Shown here: positions 9,269 to 18,168 of the stretch, one piece after another
Layout of the letters: each line of letters begins with the position of its first letter
Numbering within the stretch: the first letter of the stretch is position 1
Assembly: GCA_963675595.2 (NCBI GenBank)
Contig: CAXXLZ010000002.1
Coordinates: 2,784,001-2,848,000, forward strand
Length of the DNA stretch: 64,000 nucleotides
Origin: Thermodesulfobacteriota bacterium
GTDB taxonomy: Bacteria; Desulfobacterota; Desulfarculia; JACQYL01
Reading direction: 5' to 3'
Translations under genes and position numbers: made by a program
The notes under the pieces: generated by a model
The model's database searches: none
The model's input: only the letters and a program-made list of their open reading frames with translations
Told to the model about the DNA's origin: nothing

Positions 9269-10153
9269 TCACTCGATACCGAGTCTCTTCAGGAGCTTTT
9301 TCGGCTTGACGATGTTCTGCTTAAATCCGAGTTCCTTGGAAGAAAACCCCATACCCAAGCCCAAGATTTGGGTAATGAAAAGGACGGGCAGCTCGAAAGG
9401 CTCTCCGGACGCCGTGTCGATGCTCTTCTGGTTCGATTCGTACATAACCGAACAGAAAGGACAGGCCACAGTCAGGACCTCGGCTGTGGAATCCCGCAAG
9501 GCGTTGAGTTTGGACCGGGCCGCGGCCACGGCGGTTTCCGGGTCGTAAGCCATCACCGGCCCCCCGCAACATTTTGTTTTCCCAGGGTAATCCGTAGTGC
9601 GAGCCCCTGTGAGCCGTGCGAGTCGATCCAGAGAAGAGGGCGCTTCCACACTGTCGAAGCCATGAAGCTCCGAGGGCTTGATGAAATGACAGCCGTGGTG
9701 CGCGGCCACCGTAACGGCGGAGAGGTCTATCTTCATTGCATCGCCCACGGCCTTCAGTCCCACCTCGTCGTGGAGAAAGGGCACAATATGCGAAACCTTC
9801 ACGCCGCCTTCATACCGCAAGCCCACGCGTTCCAACTTCCGGTCGACTTCGCGCCTCAATTCCGGGCGGTGATCCAGCTCCACCGCGGCCTCCTTTAAAG
9901 AGGAGGTGCAGGAACTGCACAAGGTAAGGATATCCAGACCTTCCCGACGGGCCAGGGTCAAATTCGCGGCCGCCAGCGTGATCGCGGCCGTTTCGTCCAT
10001 GGCTTTCAAGGGAAAGCCGCAGCAGGCGAAGGTGAACACGTCGACCAAGTCGACGCCCAGGGCGAGACAAACGCGCCGTGCCGAGGCCTCGTAGTGCCTC
10101 GTGCGGGCCGGAATGGTGCATCCCAAGAAAAGTGCTTTGCGCATGTTATCCAT
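9269..10153 (-). CDS. hdrB: Heterodisulfide reductase subunit B
   Basis: Two CCG domains: FLGC..ACCG..LCSSC and HHGCH..KCCGG..ACPFC. Confidence 0.92.
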   Translation of the reverse strand: MDNMRKALFLGCTIPARTRHYEASARRVCLALGVDLVDVFTFACCGFPLKAMDETAAITLAAANLTLARREGLDILTLCSSCTSSLKEAAVELDHRPELRREVDRKLERVGLRYEGGVKVSHIVPFLHDEVGLKAVGDAMKIDLSAVTVAAHHGCHFIKPSELHGFDSVEAPSSLDRLARLTGARTTDYPGKTKCCGGPVMAYDPETAVAAARSKLNALRDSTAEVLTVACPFCSVMYESNQKSIDTASGEPFELPVLFITQILGLGMGFSSKELGFKQNIVKPKKLLKRLGIE

Positions 10154-10323
10154 AAATTGAGTTACTCCGGCGATTCAGTGCCCAACCCTCTCCAAGCGTC
10201 TCCCCAGCGGACGGCCGGGGGACGAGCACTTGCCCGCATCTCTCGGCGGTTTTGGGCTCGGGACGAAAGCCGTTGTGTCCCCGTGCGGCGAACACGGATG
10301 GAGAGACGCATTTCCGGAAACAA

Positions 10324-10827
10324 TCACGGTTTCACCGGCGCAAGGTCGTCCGCCAACAATGCGCCCGCATCTTCCAACACGGTGGGCAACTCCGGCAGAT
10401 CGAGTTTGACCCGTTTCTTATTGTCGAAGTCACTGATCTCGTAGATTCTGCCCATCCGGGAAAGGCTCTCCAACTGGATATTGGTTCCCGCCGGCGCATA
10501 ACCGGAGCGATACGCCATGTTCTTGAGAACGGTCATGAGCTCCGCGATATGCACGCCTTGAGGGCACCGTTCCCGACAGGCGTAACAGGAAGCGCAAAGC
10601 CACACGAAACCACCGGACAACACCTCCTTTTTCATGCCGAAAAGGCACATGCGGATAAGGCGGCGAGGGTTGAAGCGCTCATCGACTTCGCGGATGGGAC
10701 AGCTCATGGTGCAGGTTCCACAAGCGAAACAGGCGGCGAGGCTCTCCCCGCCGGGCCGGCTCCGAATTTCCATTGCGAACGAAGGGTCCAATTCTTCTAC
10801 GGCAATACGATTCAAAGCGAACTCCAA
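10324..10827 (-). CDS. hdrC: Heterodisulfide reductase subunit C
   Basis: CFACGTCTMSCP and WLCASCYACRERCPQGV; start codon uncertain (TTG). Confidence 0.9.
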   Translation of the reverse strand: MEFALNRIAVEELDPSFAMEIRSRPGGESLAACFACGTCTMSCPIREVDERFNPRRLIRMCLFGMKKEVLSGGFVWLCASCYACRERCPQGVHIAELMTVLKNMAYRSGYAPAGTNIQLESLSRMGRIYEISDFDNKKRVKLDLPELPTVLEDAGALLADDLAPVKP

Positions 10828-10858
10828 GATATTGAGAACAGCCGAAGCGGCTAGACGC

Positions 10859-10899
10859 GACGGCGGTTATCCATAACCGTCGTCCTCACAGGCTGTCAA
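10859..10899 (-). promoter_or_regulatory. Putative sigma70 promoter of hdrCBA overlapped by a 26-bp inverted repeat
   Basis: TTGACA (10899-10894); palindrome GACGGCGGTTAT-CC-ATAACCGTCGTC (10859-10884) covers the expected -10 position. Confidence 0.5.
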
Positions 10900-10943
10900 G
10901 CCGGCGGGAGACATTTCTTACCCGTCGGCGGACACTGCGAAGG

Positions 10944-11483
10944 TCAGGAAGTCGGTGCGAGGTCTTCGAGGGCTCGTGCGTAAGCGTTGAATGCTTCGTC
11001 GCCGAAAAGCACGAAACGCACTTTTTCAATCTCCGGATGATCCTTCAGGTACGCCCGAACAGCGGACAGAGCAACGGAAGCGGCCCGGTCCAAAGGATAA
11101 CCGTACGCACCCGTACTGATCGAGGGGAAGGCCACGCTCTTTAAACCGTTTTCCGACGCCAATTCCAGGCTCTTGCGGTAGGCGCCCGCAAGCGCCTGCG
11201 GCTCACCGGACCCTCCTCCGGACCAAATGGGACCCACCGCATGGATTACCCGTCGCGCCTTCAAGTTTCCCGCGGTGGTGATCACGGCACTCCCCGTGGG
11301 ACATCCGCCGAGCCGACGACATTCCTCCATGATCTTGGGGCCGCCCGCCCTGTGTATGGCTCCGTCCACTCCACCCCCTCCCGCAAGCCGGGCATTGGCC
11401 GCATTGACGATCGCGTCGGTGCCTTCGTGAGTGATGTCGCCTTTCACCAGCTCGATCCACGACCCGTTAACACGTACTTCCAT
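10944..11483 (-). CDS. ymdB: Macro domain protein (O-acetyl-ADP-ribose deacetylase, YmdB/MacroD type)
   Basis: GDIT, AIVNAAN..GGGGVDGAIH, VIHAVGP, AFPSISTGAYGYP; ATG at 11483 with RBS GGAGG. Confidence 0.9.
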   Translation of the reverse strand: MEVRVNGSWIELVKGDITHEGTDAIVNAANARLAGGGGVDGAIHRAGGPKIMEECRRLGGCPTGSAVITTAGNLKARRVIHAVGPIWSGGGSGEPQALAGAYRKSLELASENGLKSVAFPSISTGAYGYPLDRAASVALSAVRAYLKDHPEIEKVRFVLFGDEAFNAYARALEDLAPTS

Positions 11484-11508
11484 GAAGAACCCTCCATACA
11501 CCATACGT

Positions 11509-12126
11509 TCAGGCGTTCCGCCGGGCCTGATTCCAACGTGATTCGGTGCCGTTCATCAACCGGGTGATGTTGCCGTGATGCTTCGCCACCACCAACCCTC
11601 CCATAGCCAGGCCGAGCCAGAAAAGCGGTCCGGATCCCTGCAACCAGAAGCAGGCGGCCGGCATGACGAGAGCCGCCGCGATGGAACCGACGGAAACGTA
11701 CTTCGTAATCAAGACACCCAGGAGAAAGGCGGCCACACAAACCACAAGCACCTGAGGCGCGGCCGCCACAAGCACTCCCAAGCCCGTGGCCACGCCCTTT
11801 CCGCCTCGGAATCCAAGATACAGCGGAAACAGATGTCCGGCAAAGGCCGCCAAGCCGCAGGCCGCCGCGGTCCAGGAAAGGTCCGCGTTCCCGCTCCCCT
11901 CGGCGGCCAGAGCCGCCCAAACGGGCAGTGCCCCTTTGAGAGCGTCCGCCAACAGGGTCAGGACTCCGGCCTTCTTTCCCACCACCCTGGCGACGTTGGT
12001 GGCGCCGATGTTCCCACTTCCTTGTGACCGAATGTCCACCCGGGCATATTTCCTGGCCAGAATCAGGCCTGTGGGAACGGAGCCCAGGAGATACGCAAAC
12101 ACAACCAGAGCCGCTTTGATTTCCAT
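11509..12126 (-). CDS. plsY: Glycerol-3-phosphate 1-O-acyltransferase
   Basis: YLLGSVP, GSGNIGATN, GHLFP..FRGGKGVAT, KHHGNITRL..GTE. Confidence 0.95.
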   Translation of the reverse strand: MEIKAALVVFAYLLGSVPTGLILARKYARVDIRSQGSGNIGATNVARVVGKKAGVLTLLADALKGALPVWAALAAEGSGNADLSWTAAACGLAAFAGHLFPLYLGFRGGKGVATGLGVLVAAAPQVLVVCVAAFLLGVLITKYVSVGSIAAALVMPAACFWLQGSGPLFWLGLAMGGLVVAKHHGNITRLMNGTESRWNQARRNA

Positions 12127-12515
12127 GTCCTATTTCCTCACTGAGGCCGGCCCCTCGACGGATTATTTTACGTACGATCGACGAGTTCACATCGGACGTG
12201 AAAACGGAACCACAACCTCCAAATATTTTAAATTAGTGTAACACACCCGGACCCTGGGAAAAAAGGGATGCCGCGGCGTGCTCCTTCCGGGGGCCTGACT
12301 TGAAGATCTCTCAAGCCACCATTTTTTGCTTGCCTTATTGATTGTCTTAAACTATGAAGAGGCCACCCGTGTCGATTGGTCGTTGGGCCTTCGGACCGTT
12401 TTCGTACAGCCCGGAGGCAGCTCGAAGAGCGGAAAAGCAAGGGGGAATTATGGGGAATGGAACCCTTTCGAGGCGCAACGCGCACCACTCGGGACTGGAA
12501 GGCGGAGCCGAATTT

Positions 12516-12596
12516 ATGGCCCGCATGTACAAAGTCCTGACCGTCGGTTTCGCATTGATAGCCTTGACCGGCATTGCCAATGCCATTCTGGGGTGA
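12516..12596 (+). CDS. Putative 26-aa single-TM peptide MARMYKVLTVGFALIALTGIANAILG
   Basis: RBS GGAG upstream of ATG 12516, one hydrophobic stretch, followed by a strong hairpin. Confidence 0.45.
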   Translation: MARMYKVLTVGFALIALTGIANAILG

Positions 12597-12629
12597 AACC
12601 GGGAGAAATTAGACTTTTTTTCTCAGGTA

Positions 12630-12653
12630 AAGGGGGACCTTCGGGTCCCCCTT
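12630..12653 (+). terminator. Hairpin, probable terminator
   Basis: AAGGGGGACC-TTCG-GGTCCCCCTT, a perfect 10-bp stem with a UUCG tetraloop. Confidence 0.6.
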
Positions 12654-12767
12654 CCCATTTGCGGCCTTCGTCATGAACGCGCCCCTTGATCCCTCCCTTT
12701 CGGATTGTTAATTTCTAAGAAAGTGAAGGAATAGTCCGAAACGCGCAAAACGCGAGAGGAGATCATC

Positions 12768-12917
12768 ATGGACGAAGAGAAATTCAAATGTGAAGCCTGC
12801 GGTAAGGAATTCGACCGTGAAGGCGCGGTGCATGAATGTCGGGTATGCCACCGAACGCACTGCGATGAATGCATCAACCACGAAGGACTTTGCGAGCCCT
12901 GTGCCGAGAAAAAATAG
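12768..12917 (+). CDS. 49-aa Cys-rich small protein (four CxxC; putative double zinc finger)
   Basis: Read manually: MDEEKFKCEACGKEFDREGAVHECRVCHRTHCDECINHEGLCEPCAEKK; RBS GAGGAG; absent from the ORF track. Confidence 0.8.
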   Translation: MDEEKFKCEACGKEFDREGAVHECRVCHRTHCDECINHEGLCEPCAEKK

Positions 12918-13103
12918 GCTGAGGGCCGTTTTGGCTCCGGCAGGGGGTGGAGAAGGCCGAGGGAAGCGTCTTCCGCCCTTGCCGGGCAATGTCTATTGTG
13001 AGAGAGTGGAAACCCTTCCTCGTTCTTTTCGATTGCGAACGCCTTCCATCTTTGGGAGGTAATTCGATCACCAAAACACAAGCCATCGCCGCCGGAGTTC
13101 ATT

Positions 13104-13844
13104 ATGGATTTACAGGACGTCTTTCTCAAGCTGGACCGCACGGCGCTCGAACGTTACGCGCTCAGCGCGTTGCATCGACTCGTGGTTCACTACGGTCTCT
13201 GGTTTCGTGAAACCATCCACCAGATGGGTGAAACCGAGGCTTTTCGAATGCAGGAACAGGTCTGGGACGCGCTGTGGGGAAACCACATTAAACGGCTGGG
13301 TAAGACCCTTGATTTCGAGGTCAAGGACGATTTGCCGACGTGGCTCGGCACCCTGGACGATGACCGGCTTCGCTCCCTGATTACCGCTCTCAGCGTCAAC
13401 TGGCTGGCCAACGACGGCATCTGGTTTCAGGCCGTCGAAAATAAATCGAGCATGGTGGAGGCGAAACTGGCCAATGATACCTGTTGGGGCCGTTTCTCTC
13501 CCATCGAGGCTCGTGAGATCGCCCGAATGCTCGAACTCCCGGCCGACGGCGGCCTGGAGGCCTTGAAGACCGCTCTGGCCCATCGGCTGTACGCCCGCTT
13601 AAATCGCATGACCGTGGAAGACGAGTCCGACAATTCGATCATCCTCTATGTGAACGATTGCCGGGTGCAAGACGCCAGAAAGAAGAAGGGACTGGCCGAC
13701 TACCCCTGCAAGTCCGGAGGCTCCATCGAATACACCTATTTCGCCCGGACCGTCGACGCCCGAATTCAAACGGAATGCATAGCCTGCCCGCCGGACGCGC
13801 ACCCCGGAGAATGGTACTGCGCTTGGCGTTTTCGGATCGAATAA
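13104..13844 (+). CDS. DUF6125-family cytosolic protein
   Basis: VHYGLWF / ANDGIWFQAVE internal repeat; CRVQ..R..KGLADYPCK and CIACPPD.HP..WYCAWRF. Confidence 0.75.
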   Translation: MDLQDVFLKLDRTALERYALSALHRLVVHYGLWFRETIHQMGETEAFRMQEQVWDALWGNHIKRLGKTLDFEVKDDLPTWLGTLDDDRLRSLITALSVNWLANDGIWFQAVENKSSMVEAKLANDTCWGRFSPIEAREIARMLELPADGGLEALKTALAHRLYARLNRMTVEDESDNSIILYVNDCRVQDARKKKGLADYPCKSGGSIEYTYFARTVDARIQTECIACPPDAHPGEWYCAWRFRIE

Positions 13845-14031
13845 CGTCCATTGTAGGCAATCGTCTTTGGGGAACTTTCCGGAAATCGTCGCCTGCCCCC
13901 CCTCGAAAGTCCGGAACGAGGGGGAGTCTCTCGTGCTTTCGACGATCCGGAGGATGCGAAGGCCAAGTACCGTCTTCACCCTGTGATTCGGCGACGCCTC
14001 CGATGGAACGCTTCCCAACGATAGGATTCCA

Positions 14032-14919
14032 GTGGAACGCATTGATCTGCACACGCACAGCAAAGCGTCGGACGGAACCCTGAGCCCGACGGAACTCGTC
14101 GTCCGAGCTCGGGATCTGGGCCTGAAGGCCCTGGGACTCACCGACCACGATACGGTGGAAGGGCTTGATGAGGCGCTCGGCGCCGGAAAGTCACTGGGAT
14201 TTCAGGTGGTTCCGGGCGTTGAAATCAGCGTGCGAGTGCCCACTTCAGGTTCCATGCATTTGCTGGGTTATTTCATCGACCATCAGAACTCCGCTCTGCT
14301 TGATCGGCTGTTGAGGCTGCAGCAGTCTCGGAAAGACAGAAATCCCCAAATCATTGAGAAGCTCAACAGGCTGGGCTTGCAGATCACCCTCCGGGAGGTG
14401 GAGGATGTTTCCGGAGGAGGCCAGACCGGAAGGCCCCACATCGCATCCGTGCTGCAAGCCAAGGGCTACGTATCGGGGATCCAGGACGCCTTCGATCGCT
14501 ATTTGAAAAAAGGAGCTCCCGCCCATGTTCCCAAATATCGTTTCGAACCTGAAATCGCGTTCCGTATGATCCATGAAGCGGGGGGCGTCTCCAGTCTGGC
14601 CCACCCTTATACGTTGGCTGAGGACTTCGGCGAGCTGGAGCGTTGGATCAAGAAGTTCAAGGAATTGGGATTAGGGGGGATCGAGGTCTACTACTCGGAG
14701 CATTCTCCCGGACAGACTCGTTTCTACAAAGACCTGGCCCGGCGTTACGGTCTGGCCCAAACCGGAGGCAGCGACTTTCACGGGGCCAACAAGCCCGAAA
14801 TCGAGTTGGGCATCGGGAAAGGAGGACTTGAGATTCCTTACGAGCTGCTCCGCGATCTCGAGGCTTTAAAGATGAAAGGGCTCTCTCACGTCTCGGACTC
14901 GGAAAAGGAGCCGACTTGA
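14032..14919 (+). CDS. PHP-domain metal-dependent phosphoesterase (TrpH/YciV-like)
   Basis: DLHTHSKASDG, LTDHDT, GVEIS, GRPHIA, LAHP, GGSDFHG. Confidence 0.9.
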   Translation: MERIDLHTHSKASDGTLSPTELVVRARDLGLKALGLTDHDTVEGLDEALGAGKSLGFQVVPGVEISVRVPTSGSMHLLGYFIDHQNSALLDRLLRLQQSRKDRNPQIIEKLNRLGLQITLREVEDVSGGGQTGRPHIASVLQAKGYVSGIQDAFDRYLKKGAPAHVPKYRFEPEIAFRMIHEAGGVSSLAHPYTLAEDFGELERWIKKFKELGLGGIEVYYSEHSPGQTRFYKDLARRYGLAQTGGSDFHGANKPEIELGIGKGGLEIPYELLRDLEALKMKGLSHVSDSEKEPT

Positions 14920-15662
14920 CAGACAGTCCCCCCGTGGTTCCAACAAATGAAGAACGGAAGCGGGCCCCCGGACTGAGCATATCCAGGGAAAAGCTGGAGA
15001 GACAGGCCCGAACGTTCAAAGAGTCGGCCGGAAACTACCTCTTGGGGGTCACGGGCGGCATCGCGTCCGGGAAAAGCACGGTTTGCTCCATGTTGGAGGC
15101 TCTCGGCTATCCCCTGGTGGATCTGGACGTTCTCGCCCGCAAGGTGGTCGAGCCGGGTAGATCGGCTTGGCGACAAATAGTCGAACGATTCGGCAAAGAA
15201 GTCTTGTTTCCCGATGAAACCCTCGACCGGAAGAAGCTGGCGGGGATCGTTTTCCGGAATCCCGCACTGAGAGACGTGCTTGAGGGATTCACCCATCCAC
15301 CCATCTTTGATGAGCTGTTCGACCAAATGCGACTCATTGCGGACCGCGATCCCGGGGCCGTGATCCAGGTAGCGGTTCCCCTCCTCGTGGAACTCGACTT
15401 GAAATTCCTGTTCCACGGCGTGCTGCTGGTTTACGTGCCGCGTGGAGTGCAGCTTAGTCGTCTCATGACCCGAGACGGCATCGACCGCGAAGCCGCGGAA
15501 GATCGTCTCCGCGCCCAACTCCCTCTCGACTCCAAAGTATCCTATGCGGATTTCGTCATCGACAACCAGGGCACCATGGAGGAAACCCGAAGACAGGTGG
15601 AGGCTCTGAGGCTTCGCCTGGACGGTATTCGAAGCGAGGGGACCCCGCAACCGCGGCCGTAA
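14916..15662 (+). CDS. coaE: Dephospho-CoA kinase
   Basis: GVTGGIASGKST, LDRKKLAGIVF, THPPI, VPLLVE; start uncertain. Confidence 0.92.
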   Translation: MTDSPPVVPTNEERKRAPGLSISREKLERQARTFKESAGNYLLGVTGGIASGKSTVCSMLEALGYPLVDLDVLARKVVEPGRSAWRQIVERFGKEVLFPDETLDRKKLAGIVFRNPALRDVLEGFTHPPIFDELFDQMRLIADRDPGAVIQVAVPLLVELDLKFLFHGVLLVYVPRGVQLSRLMTRDGIDREAAEDRLRAQLPLDSKVSYADFVIDNQGTMEETRRQVEALRLRLDGIRSEGTPQPRP

Positions 15663-15688
15663 AGGTTTAAACACGGAAGGGACGGACC

Positions 15689-16456
15689 ATGCGGGTCACC
15701 ATTCTGGGGTCGGGAACGGGACTGCCTTCGGCAAGAAGAGCGTCCCCCGGCATCTGGGTGCGGGCGGGGAGCCGAAACCTTCTGTTCGACTCAGGCCCGG
15801 GAGCCCTCACCCAACTCGCTCGAGCGGGTTTGTCCATTCATGAGCTCGATTTTCTCTGCTACACGCATTTTCATCCCGATCACACGCTCGACCTTCTGGC
15901 TTTTCTCTTCGCCTCCAGGAACCCGATGCAGCCGCCGAGGACACGACCCTTCACCATACTGGCCCCTTCGGGATTCTCCGTCTGGTACCGGAAGGCCGTG
16001 GACCTCTACGGGAACTGGGTGGAACCCCCGGAAGGAAGTATGAACGTCGTGGAACTCGCTCCGGAGCCCGGCAGATACCCCCTCACAGAGCGACTGCTGA
16101 TCGAGGCCCGGCCGGTGGAGCATACTCCCCACAGCCTGGGATTTCGTCTGGAGGAACGACCCGGAGGGATCATGGCCTACGGCGGCGACTCGGACGTATG
16201 CCCGGAGCTGGTGGAATTGGGACGAAACGCGGACATCTTCGTGCTGGAGTGCTCCATGCCCAACGAATGCAAAATCGCGGGCCATTTGACTCCGGAGCAG
16301 GCCGCCGTCACGGCGGCTCGTTCGGCTGCGCGGCGGCTCGTTCTCACGCACTTGTACCCGCCGTGCGACGAAGTCGACTTGAAGGCCCAGTGCGGAAACG
16401 GCTTCCCGGGGGAAATCATCGTGGGTGAGGACCTCATGAGCTTCGAAGTTCCGTGA
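15689..16456 (+). CDS. MBL-fold metallo-hydrolase (RNase Z-like)
   Basis: ILGSGT, THFHPDH, GHLT, LTHLYP. Confidence 0.85.
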   Translation: MRVTILGSGTGLPSARRASPGIWVRAGSRNLLFDSGPGALTQLARAGLSIHELDFLCYTHFHPDHTLDLLAFLFASRNPMQPPRTRPFTILAPSGFSVWYRKAVDLYGNWVEPPEGSMNVVELAPEPGRYPLTERLLIEARPVEHTPHSLGFRLEERPGGIMAYGGDSDVCPELVELGRNADIFVLECSMPNECKIAGHLTPEQAAVTAARSAARRLVLTHLYPPCDEVDLKAQCGNGFPGEIIVGEDLMSFEVP

Positions 16457-16523
16457 TTTCTCAAGATTGGAAACTACTCCGGATTTTAGTTCGCAGACAG
16501 GATTTCCACGGAAGAAGTATGTT

Positions 16524-17453
16524 ATGAAACCGGAGTTACGTTATCGAGACCTCAACGGCTATCTCAGGGAACGTTTCGGATGCCGAGTACAAAAAGTGTC
16601 CTTGGATGCCGGATTCTCCTGTCCCAACCGGGACGGCGCCAAGGGGCGAGGGGGCTGCAGCTACTGCAATTCCAGGGGCTCGGGCACGGGAGCCTTCGCT
16701 CTGGAACCCGACGTTCGAACGCAATTAAAGAAAGGAATTGAATTCTACCGCCGAAGATACAAGGCGAAAAAGTTTCTTGCCTATTTTCAATCGTTTTCCA
16801 ACACTTACGCGGCGTTGGATCGGCTGGAACGGCTTTACACTTCGGTGCTCGAAGAACCCGACGTGGTGGGTCTGAGCGTTGGAACCCGACCGGACTGTGT
16901 CGAAGAGGAAAAATTGGACCTGCTGGCACGGATTGCGGAAACCAAAACGGTCTGGCTCGAACTGGGCCTACAAAGTGCTTCCGACGAAACTTTGCTGTGC
17001 ATAAACCGTGGACACACGGTGGCGGATTTCGCCGATGCCGTGCGGAACGCCCATGCACGGGGTCTGCCCGTATGCACGCACGTGATACTCGGTTTGCCCG
17101 GCGAGGAGCGGGAGCATGTATTGCGCACGGCCGAGTTCTGCGCGGACCTGAAAATCGAGGGGCTCAAGCTGCATCAATTATACGTGCTCCGGGGCACCGC
17201 CCTGGAACGGGATTATCTCGAAGGCCGGTACGAACCTTTGTCTCTGGAACAATACGCGGAATGGGCCGTGGAATTTCTGGAGTTCATTCCTCCTTGGACC
17301 GTGGTGCAAAGGCTCACCGGAGACCCCGACCGGAAGGAACTCGCCGCTCCGGCATGGGCGGTGGAGAAGAATCGTATCCGGAATGCGGTGTTCGAAGTTT
17401 TCGAAAAAAGAAATACTCGCCAAGGGGCGAAGTACGCATGCGCAAACAAATGA
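16524..17453 (+). CDS. TIGR01212 (YhcC-like) radical SAM protein
   Basis: DAGFSCPNRDG..GGCSYC, YFQSFSNTY, GTRPDC, ELGLQS, HVILGLPGE. Confidence 0.9.
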   Translation: MKPELRYRDLNGYLRERFGCRVQKVSLDAGFSCPNRDGAKGRGGCSYCNSRGSGTGAFALEPDVRTQLKKGIEFYRRRYKAKKFLAYFQSFSNTYAALDRLERLYTSVLEEPDVVGLSVGTRPDCVEEEKLDLLARIAETKTVWLELGLQSASDETLLCINRGHTVADFADAVRNAHARGLPVCTHVILGLPGEEREHVLRTAEFCADLKIEGLKLHQLYVLRGTALERDYLEGRYEPLSLEQYAEWAVEFLEFIPPWTVVQRLTGDPDRKELAAPAWAVEKNRIRNAVFEVFEKRNTRQGAKYACANK

Positions 17454-17506
17454 ACGACGTCACGTCATATCGACGGTCCGGCAAGGGCCGTGAGAAGGCT
17501 TGATAG

Positions 17507-17857
17507 GTGAGGCGCACGGATCGGAGTTCGGATATGATACTGGATCGAGAGGGCGCGTTGAAACGCCTCGGCGATATGGAGCGGGTTCTGGAGAAATTGA
17601 CCTTGATCTTCATCGAGGAAGCGCCGAACCGAAAAGCAAACCTGGAAAACGCCATGGACACGGAGGATTGGGAAATCATGGCCCGCGAAGCGCATTCGCT
17701 GAAAAGCGGGGGGGCCACCATCGGCGCCGTATCCTTCGCGTCTTGGGCCAATACTTTGGAGAAGGCGGCACGGGCCCGAGACAGCCGTGCTTCGGGCGCC
17801 GCTTTGCCCCATGTCCTGGCGGAACTGGAATCTTTGGTGAGCATACTCTCTCCATAG
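17507..17857 (+). CDS. Stand-alone Hpt (histidine phosphotransfer) domain protein
   Basis: AREAHSLKSGGATIGA motif; true start may be the downstream ATG (MILDREG). Confidence 0.85.
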   Translation: MRRTDRSSDMILDREGALKRLGDMERVLEKLTLIFIEEAPNRKANLENAMDTEDWEIMAREAHSLKSGGATIGAVSFASWANTLEKAARARDSRASGAALPHVLAELESLVSILSP

Positions 17858-18032
17858 ACGATGGAGAAGGGCCGGAGCCGGGCCGTAGAAGGACCCGGGA
17901 CGCCACAAGTGCCTACAGTGAAATCGGGATCGAAATGCAGTATACGATCCATAGACTCCGAAGTGATGCGGACATAAGATGGAATTCAGGTAAGAGAAAA
18001 TCTCCGCCTTATCCTCTTCCACTCACTCGCTT

Positions 18033-18072
18033 GAGGGGCGGGACTCGCGTGAAGTCCCGCCCCTCGTCTTTT
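18033..18072 (+). terminator. Rho-independent terminator-like hairpin
   Basis: GAGGGGCGGGACT-N7-AGTCCCGCCCCTC (13-bp stem) followed by GTCTTTT. Confidence 0.65.
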
Positions 18073-18168
18073 CGGAAGCCCCTTCGCCCCATCCCGAAAC
18101 AAGAAAGATGATGCGACACCTTCCCTCAGCAAGGGGAGATACTCAAAAGGTCGACAACGAATGCAAGC

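Noticed and set aside
12836-12852. c-type cytochrome call for the 49-aa protein (CRVCH)
   Set aside because: There is no export signal, and the motif is one of four CxxC pairs better explained by zinc binding
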